Shown here piece after piece: positions 24,409 to 32,977 of a DNA stretch of 33,123 bases (position 1 is its first letter; every line of letters starts with the position of its first letter). The stretch covers positions 1-33,123 of the forward strand of contig JANMKN010000027.1 in NCBI GenBank assembly GCA_031372065.1, written 5' to 3'. The stretch comes from Abditibacteriaceae bacterium (GTDB lineage Bacteria; Armatimonadota; Abditibacteriia; Abditibacteriales; Abditibacteriaceae). Below the pieces are notes generated by a model. The model saw only the letters and a list, made by a program, of their open reading frames with translations. It ran no database searches and was not told the DNA's origin. A program made the position numbers and the translations under genes.

Positions 24409-24597
24409 ATGGCATTAGTAAATCGAACCATCCAATTAGCAAAATGCAATCTTTGCGGCCATGAGTGGCTACCGCGCAAAGAAGGCCGTCCGGCGCGTTG
24501 CCCTAACTGTGAGTCCGCGCGGTGGGACAAAGAGCGCAAGCGTCCGCCTATTGCAGAGCAGCGTAAAGCAGCGCAGAAAAGGCAGCAAAAGAAGTAA
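24409..24597 (+). CDS. Small zinc-ribbon protein (62 aa), probable nucleic-acid binder
   Basis: CNLCGHEWLPR...PARCPNCESARW with basic tail. Confidence 0.75.
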   Translation: MALVNRTIQLAKCNLCGHEWLPRKEGRPARCPNCESARWDKERKRPPIAEQRKAAQKRQQKK

Positions 24598-24661
24598 TGT
24601 TTTTTGCACCAACAGGTAATGCAATCAACTAAACTTGAATGACCATTGGGAGGTAAAAAGC

Positions 24662-24859
24662 ATGGCAACGAAAACAACAAAAAAAACAACGGGCAAGGAC
24701 AATAAGATGGCTTCCACAGGGGCACAAAATGGCCGCACGGCTCCGAAAACAAGTCCAAAAGCCAAGAAGCCGCTGACCAACGTTCAGAAGGGTAATCAGG
24801 CTTTATTGAAGGCTTGGAAACGCATTGCAAAGCAGAACGGCGAAGGTTACGAAAGCTGA
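24662..24859 (+). CDS. Putative antitoxin of the PIN toxin (65 aa)
   Basis: GGAGG RBS at 24649-24653; TGATG overlap with the PIN gene; Lys/Thr-rich, no classic VapB DNA-binding fold recognised. Confidence 0.6.
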   Translation: MATKTTKKTTGKDNKMASTGAQNGRTAPKTSPKAKKPLTNVQKGNQALLKAWKRIAKQNGEGYES

Positions 24860-25305
24860 TGCCGAGCGTCACTTTCGATACCAACATCATTATTGCGCGC
24901 AAGCCACCTTTGGATGAATTGCCGGAAAGTTTTTATATGTCCGTTGTCGTGCTTCAGGAGTTAGTCGTAGGAGCGCAAGACGAAACGGCTATTAAACTAC
25001 TGAACACGGCCCGATCTGCTTACGAAAAAGATGGCAGGTTATTGGTGCCAGATGCAAGCGACTGGTGGGAAGTTGGCAAAATCATCAATCGGCTGCAAAG
25101 GCAGCGCAAAGCGCAAAGTGGTGGTTCTACACCTCGTTTGGCCGCTGATGAGAAATACCGCATCACCAACGACGTGTTAATTGCCCGCACTTGCAAGCGC
25201 GCCGGAGTGACGCTTATCACCGACAACAACAAAGACTTTGCCCTGATTAAAGCCTATTGCAACGTGCGCACTATTAGCGGCGATGAGTATTTCGGGACAC
25301 TGTGA
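24859..25305 (+). CDS. vapC: PIN-domain ribonuclease (VapC-like toxin)
   Basis: FDTNII, SVVVLQEL, NDVLIA, LITDNNKDF conserved acidic residues; ATG at 24859. Confidence 0.9.
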   Translation: MPSVTFDTNIIIARKPPLDELPESFYMSVVVLQELVVGAQDETAIKLLNTARSAYEKDGRLLVPDASDWWEVGKIINRLQRQRKAQSGGSTPRLAADEKYRITNDVLIARTCKRAGVTLITDNNKDFALIKAYCNVRTISGDEYFGTL

Positions 25306-25332
25306 GTCGAAGAATAGCAAGATTTAGCTGAT

Positions 25333-25527
25333 ATGCCGCAAGTCGAAACTGTCTCGGAGTGGGTAGAAAAGCGCGATGCCAAAGGCCGTCTGCTTTTCCT
25401 TTATTCGCCCTTGCGCGACGCCATACGGCTTAGAACCAAAGACGGTGAAACCGAAGTCAATTTAAGTGAATTGCGCGTGCAAAGTTTTTACGCAATTTTG
25501 CGTGACGTGGCGGCGACAAAGCGGTAA
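25333..25527 (+). CDS. Com-like RNA-binding regulator lacking the Zn-ligand cysteines (64 aa)
   Basis: EKRDAKGRLLFLY...IRLRTK parallels Mu Com IRCKNCNKLLFK...IEIRCPRC; followed by Com-box-like repeats. Confidence 0.5.
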   Translation: MPQVETVSEWVEKRDAKGRLLFLYSPLRDAIRLRTKDGETEVNLSELRVQSFYAILRDVAATKR

Positions 25528-25530
25528 AAT
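25502..25530 (+). promoter_or_regulatory. Sigma70-like promoter overlapping the end of the Com-like gene
   Basis: GTGACG-N17-TAAAAT. Confidence 0.5.
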
Positions 25531-25536
25531 AGAAAG

Positions 25537-25678
25537 CACAACAAGGCACGTCCAGAGCGCCACCCGATAGGGTCTTGTGAGCGCCCGTGACACGCGAAAG
25601 CAAGTGCCGCAATAACGAGCGTGAGCGTCCCGAACGCCAGAGCATCCGAAAGGAATTGTTCTGGCGTTTTTTGTTTTT
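25537..25678 (+). ncRNA. Structured leader / small RNA with GA(G/A)C(G/A)(C/T)C repeats
   Basis: Boxes at 25555, 25579, 25617, 25623, 25632, 25640; hairpins ACCC-GATA-GGGT, CACGC-GAAA-GCaaGTG, TCC-GAAA-GGA. Confidence 0.55.
25633..25678 (+). terminator. Intrinsic terminator upstream of the intact tape measure gene
   Basis: AACGCCAGAGCA/TGTTCTGGCGTT 12-bp stem capped by a GAAA tetraloop, then TTTTGTTTTT. Confidence 0.7.
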
Positions 25679-25840
25679 AGGTCAGCAGGAGATAGACCCA
25701 GTAAAGCACTAAAAGGCCAATAGGCAAGACTAAGCAGCCACAAAAACAGCCCGTTGAGCCAACAGCGAATTTGATTATTTTATCCCACAAGTCGGGTTTT
25801 TCTTCCATGAATTTTGAGCATATCACAAGAGGTGAACTGA

Positions 25841-27607
25841 ATGACTGATGTTATCCAAACAATTTGGTCACAAAGCGGCGATGATGCCTTGTTGCGCACT
25901 TTGAAGTTAATGGGCGGTGGCTTCAATGATGTTGAAAGAAAAGCCGAGAAAATGCAGTTTATTAGTGGCGGCTTGAGTTTATTTGGCGCGGCAAGCGCTG
26001 CTGCGCTTGCAGGTATCGGCACAGCATCGTTAAAAGCATCTGGTGATATGGAATCCATCGAAACTGGAATGCTTGGCGCTCTGGGCAGCATGGATAAAGT
26101 CAATGCGAAAATGGCTGAGTTAGAAGGGATGGATAAGAAATCAAGTTTCAATATTGATGAAATAAGCCGTGTCTATTTGATGCTTCAAGGTGCGCAAGCA
26201 GAAGCATCAAAAATTGTCCCTTTGATGAAGGCCATCGGCAATGGCATCGGCCAAGCGGGACGCGGCTCGGAGGCTTGGGTGTCGGCTATGACAGCCATTC
26301 AGCAAACCATCGGCACCGGCAAGTTAGAAAAGGGAGAATTGAACCAGTTAGTTACTGCTGGCCTTTCGCCGCGCGCTATCTTGATGCAAGAGTTGGGTAT
26401 GTCTCAGCAGCAATTAAATGAGGCTTTAGAACAGGGAACTATCAGCGCGGAGCAATTCGTTAATGCCTTAATATCTGGTTATAACAAGGGCCAATTTGCA
26501 GGAGCAATGGAACGTCAAGCCGAAATTTTAAACGGCAAACTTTCGACCCTTGATAGTAGCTTTATCAAGCTGAAAGCTACCATTGGCGATGTTTTTAATG
26601 AGGATGCAACTAAATTAATTGGTGGTCTTACTGGTCTGATAGATAAGACACAGGAATTTTCAAAAGAGCATCCTAATATTGTTAAAACAGTCGCTGCGGT
26701 TACGGCGATAGGTAGTCTTGGTGCTTTGGGTGTTGGCGGCGTTACTAAAATAGCAGGAGCATTTAACGAACTCTCTGCCGCCAAAGAAAAATTAACAGGG
26801 AAGGCAAAGGGTGCATTGGGAGGCCTTCCCAATCTCGGTGGCGGTGCTCCCCAATGGGATCCAAAGGCCCAGCGCTGGCGCGGTGCGGGTGGCCGGTTCG
26901 TAGCTGACGATGTAGCTCAACAATTACTGGGTGGCATGGGCGGTGGGACAATGACCGTTAATGCCAACGTGGTTTATGTGAATGGCAGCACAAGTGGAAG
27001 CGGGCCTTTAGGCGCTGATCCTACAGGTTTGGCAGATGATGCCGTTGCGGCCACGGCCTCAAAAATGTCTGGCTTCTTAACGCCAAAGGTGACAGCTTTT
27101 GGCGCAAGTTTGGAAGGCGCAGCCGCTTTAGGTGTGGGCGCAGCCGCTGTCGGGGTCACATTGTTAGCCGTGAATGACATGATGAATAGCGCTAAAGATA
27201 TGCATCTGTCCGATGAAGACTACGCTAAAAAACGCGGCGTGCGCGGCGGCATCGAGTTGGACGCAGCGCGCGGCGCTTCCGATAACAGTCTGGCTAAGTG
27301 GTGGCGCGGCGATAATGCGGCCAGCGATAAAGAAGCTTTGGCGCTGGCGATTGATGCTGACCATCGCGCCAAATACAAGGCAATGGGCTTGAAACCGGGC
27401 GCTGGCGACTATGGCAATGGCAGTAGCGGCTACCCGACACGAATTGTATCGAATCCTGCGCCTCCTGCGGTTACAGCGCGCCAAGAACGCGCCCGCAATG
27501 CGCGTAATCAAACCGTGGTTTCCGTGAGCGTGGCGAATCCCTACACCGGCGCCGATTACGAACATGATGACCGCAGCGCCACAAGTTTGTATGGCTACGA
27601 TGGGTAA
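25841..27607 (+). CDS. Tape measure protein (588 aa)
   Basis: GAGGTG RBS; tape-measure N-terminal domain motifs (SSFNIDEI, GKLEKGELNQL, GAMERQAEILNGKLSTLDS); Ala/Gly-rich. Confidence 0.9.
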   Translation: MTDVIQTIWSQSGDDALLRTLKLMGGGFNDVERKAEKMQFISGGLSLFGAASAAALAGIGTASLKASGDMESIETGMLGALGSMDKVNAKMAELEGMDKKSSFNIDEISRVYLMLQGAQAEASKIVPLMKAIGNGIGQAGRGSEAWVSAMTAIQQTIGTGKLEKGELNQLVTAGLSPRAILMQELGMSQQQLNEALEQGTISAEQFVNALISGYNKGQFAGAMERQAEILNGKLSTLDSSFIKLKATIGDVFNEDATKLIGGLTGLIDKTQEFSKEHPNIVKTVAAVTAIGSLGALGVGGVTKIAGAFNELSAAKEKLTGKAKGALGGLPNLGGGAPQWDPKAQRWRGAGGRFVADDVAQQLLGGMGGGTMTVNANVVYVNGSTSGSGPLGADPTGLADDAVAATASKMSGFLTPKVTAFGASLEGAAALGVGAAAVGVTLLAVNDMMNSAKDMHLSDEDYAKKRGVRGGIELDAARGASDNSLAKWWRGDNAASDKEALALAIDADHRAKYKAMGLKPGAGDYGNGSSGYPTRIVSNPAPPAVTARQERARNARNQTVVSVSVANPYTGADYEHDDRSATSLYGYDG

Positions 27608-27626
27608 TTGAAATGGGTAATTAAAA

Positions 27627-30227
27627 ATGAACATTCAATTTTGGCGGCCCAAAAACATTCGGGTGCTGATTCATTCTCATTTCGGCGAGCCAGTCACGCC
27701 CGCCGTAGCCCGCGATCTGCTCTCCCAAGCGCTATGGGACAGCGCTGCCAAAGAACCGGGCGCACGGGGCGATGTGCGCCAAATCTGGCTGGATAACTAT
27801 ACCGAACCGGAAAACGATAGATTGGCGGCAGGTAAATTTCCCGCGCTCGGCCCCGGTTGGCGGCGCGAGTCCATTGATAACGATCCGGCGGATTGGGAGA
27901 GTTTTTCCGGCCCCGATGAACAAAGACGAATCAGCGAGACCATTGCGCTTTACCGAGACGAATTAGCGGAATTGGACGATGAAGAAACGCGCAGCGAAGC
28001 GGATGTGGCACGCCAAGCCGAACTCGAAGAGCTAATCAACAACCTGCAAGCCTTTGGCGCACTCAAAGCCGTGCCAGCGACTCATAATTTCGGTGATGAC
28101 AAGAACGCCATTTATCGCGCGCTCAATGCCCCAAACTTCGCTTTTCGCTATCGCAGCAAATTCGTGCTGATTCAGGGGCGTCCTTTTACCTTGTGGCTGC
28201 GTCGTTTCCGGCCCGCCGAAGGGCAACTGAATCATTACTTGCAACTGGGCATTGGGCGCAATTTGCGTATTTTGTTTGAAAAAGACAAAGCGATGCTTTA
28301 TCGCGTCAATCGCCTGCGTCCCGAAGCGGACTGGATTGCCAAGGACGCGCGCCGCGACGAACTGATTATCAAGAAAAACGGCACCAGAGAGCAACACGAG
28401 CGAATTACCGCATGGCGCGATGCTATCGAGCAGGTCAAAGCGGACTATAAAGGCCACAAGCCCAGTGACGAACAAAAAGCCCAAATCAAAGACCTCAATC
28501 GGCAAATTAAAGAATTGCAAGACATCTTCAAATTAACCGAAGCGGAAGAAGGTGAAATTCACGAACTCGAAAAGTATTTATTTACGCAGCGAGAATCGGT
28601 TGACCTTGACCAAACCAGTGATTCTCTCGTTGGCGAAGCATTCTCACTTACTTTTTTCGATTTTGGGTTTGGCATTATGCAAATCGTCTGTGATATTGGC
28701 CGTAATAAGTGGATATTTCAGGACAAAGAAATCTTGCGCAGTCAACAGTGGCAGTGGCTTTGGGGCAGCCATCCTGACCGGCGCAATCGTGCCTACGATG
28801 GCGCAGAACGCCTTGAAATCGCGGGCAACGGCGGCGCGCTTCTTTGGCGTTTTGGCTATGTGAAGACCAATCAGACAGACACACTTTTAGGCGCGCCGAT
28901 TTATTTGGGACGCAGCGATTTGGATGTATCGCAGGGTCTGATTGTCAACGGCCAGTGGACGCCGAACCTGCCCGCAGGCAACCAAACACAGTTTCTTTTT
29001 GACCCGGTTCCCTTGCGGCCCGGCTGGTATCAAATGGGCGTGCGCTTTGTGACCGATGGTCAATACTATCCCATTGTTACGCGCGCTTCTATGCAAGTGC
29101 CCGCCGGTGCCATTCCGCCAAGATTCACGGTGTGGGACTCTGCGGCGCATCCTGAAGTCGCCATTGAGTTAAAACCCAAATACAGCGAAAAGCGTGGTGT
29201 GATTTGGGATGTCATCATTCATAACAAAGAAGGCATCAAACTTAATTTGCCGGATCGTTTGTATGAGCGCTGTTGCAGTATTATCGTCGAAGATTTACCC
29301 GTGATGTCTTTTGGTTTGATTGCCGAGCAAACACATGATGATTTAGAGCGCCTGACCCCGCACACCGAGGGTGCCGTTTTGCAGAATTGGAGTGAAGTTT
29401 TGTTCAGCGCCGCCGATAAATTGCGCATCGCACGGCATAAGCGTTTTCCTGCCGATTTCACTTTCGATGGAATGTTTGATAACGACGTGGTGCGCGTCGC
29501 CTTGCAAAGCATCGGCTTCAACGCTGAGGAATTGTCACTTATCGAAGCGGGCACAGGCTACCGGATGCCAGAAACTGCACCGGGCGAGTCGCCCCTACTC
29601 AAGCCCGACAAAAACGTGCGAGTTTTGGATTTTCTGGAGAATGAGATCATTGAAAAAGTCGGATTGGATAAACAGATTTTCGTGGATAGCGATGGCTATG
29701 TGCGCTACGAAGATCCTGCTTTGCGCGTGCGCAGCGAAATACCGTATGCTCATGCGGCGAATGCCAGTAATACCCAGCGGCCTTACTTTGCGGGCAGCGG
29801 CAAAACCATTCAGCGCATTTGGAACACAGACGGTTATTTCACGCAGCTCTTTGTCGAGGGCGATACCAATCCCGAAACCAAAAAGCCTTACAGCGCCAGC
29901 CACACCATCCGCGAAGCTGTTGATCCGGCCTTTGGCCCTGATGGGAGCAACGACCCGCGTTTCATTGGGCATCACAAGCCTAAAGAAACGATGAAAGAGC
30001 AAACGCTCAATTCACAAGCGGCTGTCGAACGTGCCCTTGCCACGCAGATTAAAAAATATGGCTATCCCAAACCCGAATGGCGTCTCAGTGCGCCGTTCGA
30101 TGCTGATGTGTTGCCCGGTGACAGGCTTATGATTGAAAACAGGGTTTTTACTTTGATTGGCATTCCCAGTCCCGAACTTGAGCACGACGAAATGGAGTTT
30201 GCCTTGGAAGAGGTGATTGGAAACTGA
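27627..30227 (+). CDS. Large tail tip / hub protein (866 aa)
   Basis: Directly after TMP; C-terminal IFVDSDGYVRY and DVLPGDRLMI patterns typical of tail hub proteins. Confidence 0.68.
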   Translation: MNIQFWRPKNIRVLIHSHFGEPVTPAVARDLLSQALWDSAAKEPGARGDVRQIWLDNYTEPENDRLAAGKFPALGPGWRRESIDNDPADWESFSGPDEQRRISETIALYRDELAELDDEETRSEADVARQAELEELINNLQAFGALKAVPATHNFGDDKNAIYRALNAPNFAFRYRSKFVLIQGRPFTLWLRRFRPAEGQLNHYLQLGIGRNLRILFEKDKAMLYRVNRLRPEADWIAKDARRDELIIKKNGTREQHERITAWRDAIEQVKADYKGHKPSDEQKAQIKDLNRQIKELQDIFKLTEAEEGEIHELEKYLFTQRESVDLDQTSDSLVGEAFSLTFFDFGFGIMQIVCDIGRNKWIFQDKEILRSQQWQWLWGSHPDRRNRAYDGAERLEIAGNGGALLWRFGYVKTNQTDTLLGAPIYLGRSDLDVSQGLIVNGQWTPNLPAGNQTQFLFDPVPLRPGWYQMGVRFVTDGQYYPIVTRASMQVPAGAIPPRFTVWDSAAHPEVAIELKPKYSEKRGVIWDVIIHNKEGIKLNLPDRLYERCCSIIVEDLPVMSFGLIAEQTHDDLERLTPHTEGAVLQNWSEVLFSAADKLRIARHKRFPADFTFDGMFDNDVVRVALQSIGFNAEELSLIEAGTGYRMPETAPGESPLLKPDKNVRVLDFLENEIIEKVGLDKQIFVDSDGYVRYEDPALRVRSEIPYAHAANASNTQRPYFAGSGKTIQRIWNTDGYFTQLFVEGDTNPETKKPYSASHTIREAVDPAFGPDGSNDPRFIGHHKPKETMKEQTLNSQAAVERALATQIKKYGYPKPEWRLSAPFDADVLPGDRLMIENRVFTLIGIPSPELEHDEMEFALEEVIGN

Positions 30228-30240
30228 GGAGGTTGGAACA

Positions 30241-30534
30241 ATGTTGCAACGTGCACAGAGAGCCGGGTCGCGCCTTTCACAACAAGAATCCCAGCGCATC
30301 AAAGAAGATCTGCGCCCCAATACGGTGCGCGGCGGCGGCGAGGCGCAAAGCACGCCGGAACTCACTGAATGGTTCGACGGCGAAAAAACACGAGCGATCT
30401 TCATCGCCAGCGTCACGCCGCCAACCGATGATTACTATCTGCCGCCGCCAGTTCGTCCTCCGGGAGTAAGCGACGCCGATTTCGTGAAGGGCTTGAAGGA
30501 GAAATTGAAACGGAAAATTCGCCAAATACGATGA
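30241..30534 (+). CDS. Small tail-module hypothetical protein
   Basis: GAGGAGG RBS before ATG 30241. Confidence 0.65.
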   Translation: MLQRAQRAGSRLSQQESQRIKEDLRPNTVRGGGEAQSTPELTEWFDGEKTRAIFIASVTPPTDDYYLPPPVRPPGVSDADFVKGLKEKLKRKIRQIR

Positions 30535-30570
30535 AGCTTTTATTCGTGCGTTTTTTTGATTTCAAGTAAA

Positions 30571-31833
30571 ATGGCAGCACCTCAGATTGATGACTACTCA
30601 CCATTTGAAACAATTAATGTCGAGGATTTTGGCGATGGCAGACACCTTGGCGTTTTGGAGCCGACTGCCAGCGCGCAGGGCTTCCGTTATTCAAAAGATG
30701 TGTTTTTTCTTGTGCCGTTTGCGGCCATTCCTGAAGGCGGCGCCACCGTCACGGTCAGGCCGGAGTGGACGGTGCAAATTCGTGATTCCATTGACCCAGC
30801 TTCACGCAAAGCCTTCGAGCAGACGGTTATTTTGCCGGTGCAAATCATCGCGCAGATTTTGGGCGGCGATATCGGTTTTATTTTTTGGAGTCCGGTCACT
30901 GAACAAATCAAAGTCGAAACGACTATCATTGAAGGCACTGATGTCCCACTTGGCCCGTATCCGGGTTCAACTGACCCCAGCGACCCGCAAGATCATCATC
31001 AGGGCTGGCAATTTGTTGACTTTAGCAACCCCACGCAATACAGCGAACAAGGCTTGCCGGACTTTGATTTCGCCGATACGGGTGCTTTTACCGCTGGCGG
31101 CATTCTGGTCAAGATCACCTACTACAGCGCACCGTATAAGGTCAACATTGCGCCGGGTGCCATTTTCGATGCCGTGCGCGACACGGCGGGCATCGGCCAG
31201 TTGGACAAAGAGGCGACTTACAAGATTTCTTACAAGTTGCAAGTTGGCATCGGGCGCTGGCTGGACTCCAATTCGCTTTTGCATCTGGCGATTCCCGGCA
31301 CTGTGGGCGGCGCATCCGGCGTGCAAATCTTTGAGCGCACCACGCGGCGCGCTACTCATTCAAAACTCGATCCGTTGCGCGGCAAGGCGTTTATTCCGGC
31401 GATTTCGCAGCCGCATCTTTGCAAAACGAGTGATGGCACGCTATGGCTTTTGGCACAGGACAGAGGGCGCGGCGGAGTGCTTTATCAAAGTGATGACGAC
31501 GGCCTAACCTTCAGGCGCAGCGCCTTTAAAAGCGAGGGAAGAGCAAGCGAGGTTATTGTGTTTGGCACCGGTTTTACAATGCTTGATCAGCAGCCCAATC
31601 CGGCGGGCGGAATGTATCAATTGGCCGTGAGCGAGGGTGTGCTCTTTTTGCAGCGCTTCCCGCAGCCGTTTGCCCAAAATCGCAAAATTGGCGTAGCGCG
31701 TAGCGGGCAAATTTATCGTTTGGGTGTGCCTGAAGGCAAAACCGCGCAAGGCACGATTTATGTCACCAGCGCGGCGCACCAGTTTGTCTCAGACGATGAA
31801 TTCGATTCGCCGCCGGTTGAACGTGAGGATTGA
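30571..31833 (+). CDS. Tail protein with Asp-box (BNR) motif, possible receptor-binding protein
   Basis: YQSDDDGLTF Asp-box, beta-rich; tail module position. Confidence 0.65.
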   Translation: MAAPQIDDYSPFETINVEDFGDGRHLGVLEPTASAQGFRYSKDVFFLVPFAAIPEGGATVTVRPEWTVQIRDSIDPASRKAFEQTVILPVQIIAQILGGDIGFIFWSPVTEQIKVETTIIEGTDVPLGPYPGSTDPSDPQDHHQGWQFVDFSNPTQYSEQGLPDFDFADTGAFTAGGILVKITYYSAPYKVNIAPGAIFDAVRDTAGIGQLDKEATYKISYKLQVGIGRWLDSNSLLHLAIPGTVGGASGVQIFERTTRRATHSKLDPLRGKAFIPAISQPHLCKTSDGTLWLLAQDRGRGGVLYQSDDDGLTFRRSAFKSEGRASEVIVFGTGFTMLDQQPNPAGGMYQLAVSEGVLFLQRFPQPFAQNRKIGVARSGQIYRLGVPEGKTAQGTIYVTSAAHQFVSDDEFDSPPVERED

Positions 31834-31848
31834 AGATGAGGATTTATA

Positions 31849-32892
31849 GTGGCTGAATATTTTGAACCTATCGCGGCCCCAACCGGGCCAGAAAGCGCAC
31901 AGCAGTTTGCCAATCGCATTGATACGCAATTCAATGAGGCTGTGGCGCGCGATAATTTGCTGGCTGATGATGCGGCAATGGATCGGCGCGTCATCGCCGG
32001 TGCAGGGCGTCTTGAAAACGAAGGGGCTGAGGTTTCGGTTGTCTCCGGCGTGGCGCGAGTCTCTAATGGTTTTTTCTACGCGGGGCCGGGCGCAAACGAA
32101 GATGATGAAAGCCATTTTGAAGGCTTGCGCTTAAAACAAATTGCCAGCGAGTTGGGCTATTTGGAATTGTTAGATAGCGACGCGCCGCCCTTGAGCAAAC
32201 CCGGCGGCGCGTTTGGCTATATGAGTTGGTATGGCGATGTGCTTTGGTTCGACACGCGTCAGACTTCGCCCACGCAAATTGAAGAACTTTATGGCCGCTG
32301 GTGCCTTGGCAAAGTCGTGACCGATGGCGTTGGCGCGGTTTCGGTGGACACAGTTTACACCGATTCAATTCCCAATTTAGCGACCATGAAGGCGCTCATT
32401 GACGCGCTGACAACGCGCGTCGAAATGCTTGAATCCGCCGGTGGCGGCGAAGGTGGCGGTGGTGGCGGTGGTGGCGGTGGTGGCTTTGCTTATGCGGGTG
32501 TGGCGCCGTGGTTGCCCGACCCAGCCGATGATCGCCAGACCTACATCGTCATTGCGGCGATGCTGGCAGCATTGCGCGCTGAACTAATGGCGCTCATTCG
32601 CGATGGCGGCGTGCGGCCCCAGCAAACCGATCTGGCAAAGCTGATTGGCGAAAATGCCATCATGCGTCAGGAAATCGCCAAGTGTCAGTTGTTTCTGCGG
32701 AAGATTTCCGGTTTGCTCGATTTGGATTTGATGGTCGAGTTGGGCCTTGAGCGAAGCCAATCAGCGAACATCGTCGGCATCCCCGGCGGCACGGAGATTT
32801 ACGGTGCCGGTGGCAGCGTGGGCGCCACGTTCCCCGACCATTTGGGTGCTTCGACGCTGACCATGAACGATGATGGCACGGTAGAGCCGTAA
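31849..32892 (+). CDS. Tail fibre-like / tail-associated protein with poly-Gly hinge
   Basis: GAGGA RBS; short coiled coil then GGGEGGGGGGGGGGG linker. Confidence 0.65.
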   Translation: MAEYFEPIAAPTGPESAQQFANRIDTQFNEAVARDNLLADDAAMDRRVIAGAGRLENEGAEVSVVSGVARVSNGFFYAGPGANEDDESHFEGLRLKQIASELGYLELLDSDAPPLSKPGGAFGYMSWYGDVLWFDTRQTSPTQIEELYGRWCLGKVVTDGVGAVSVDTVYTDSIPNLATMKALIDALTTRVEMLESAGGGEGGGGGGGGGGGFAYAGVAPWLPDPADDRQTYIVIAAMLAALRAELMALIRDGGVRPQQTDLAKLIGENAIMRQEIAKCQLFLRKISGLLDLDLMVELGLERSQSANIVGIPGGTEIYGAGGSVGATFPDHLGASTLTMNDDGTVEP

Positions 32893-32977
32893 AAACAGCC
32901 GTAAAAAGCAAGCAAGTTGGCAACATCGGGCGATGCCTTGGCTTTGACCCGTTTGCATATTTTTGGAGGAAAGAACA

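Noticed and set aside
22495..25840. Group I/II intron or intein interrupting a single TMP gene
   Set aside because: The HNH is antisense, no intron core or intein motifs seen, and the downstream TMP has its own RBS and a duplicate N-terminus rather than being exon 2
30587..31507. 306-aa alternative-frame + strand ORF
   Set aside because: Arg/Ser-rich off-frame shadow within the Asp-box tail gene
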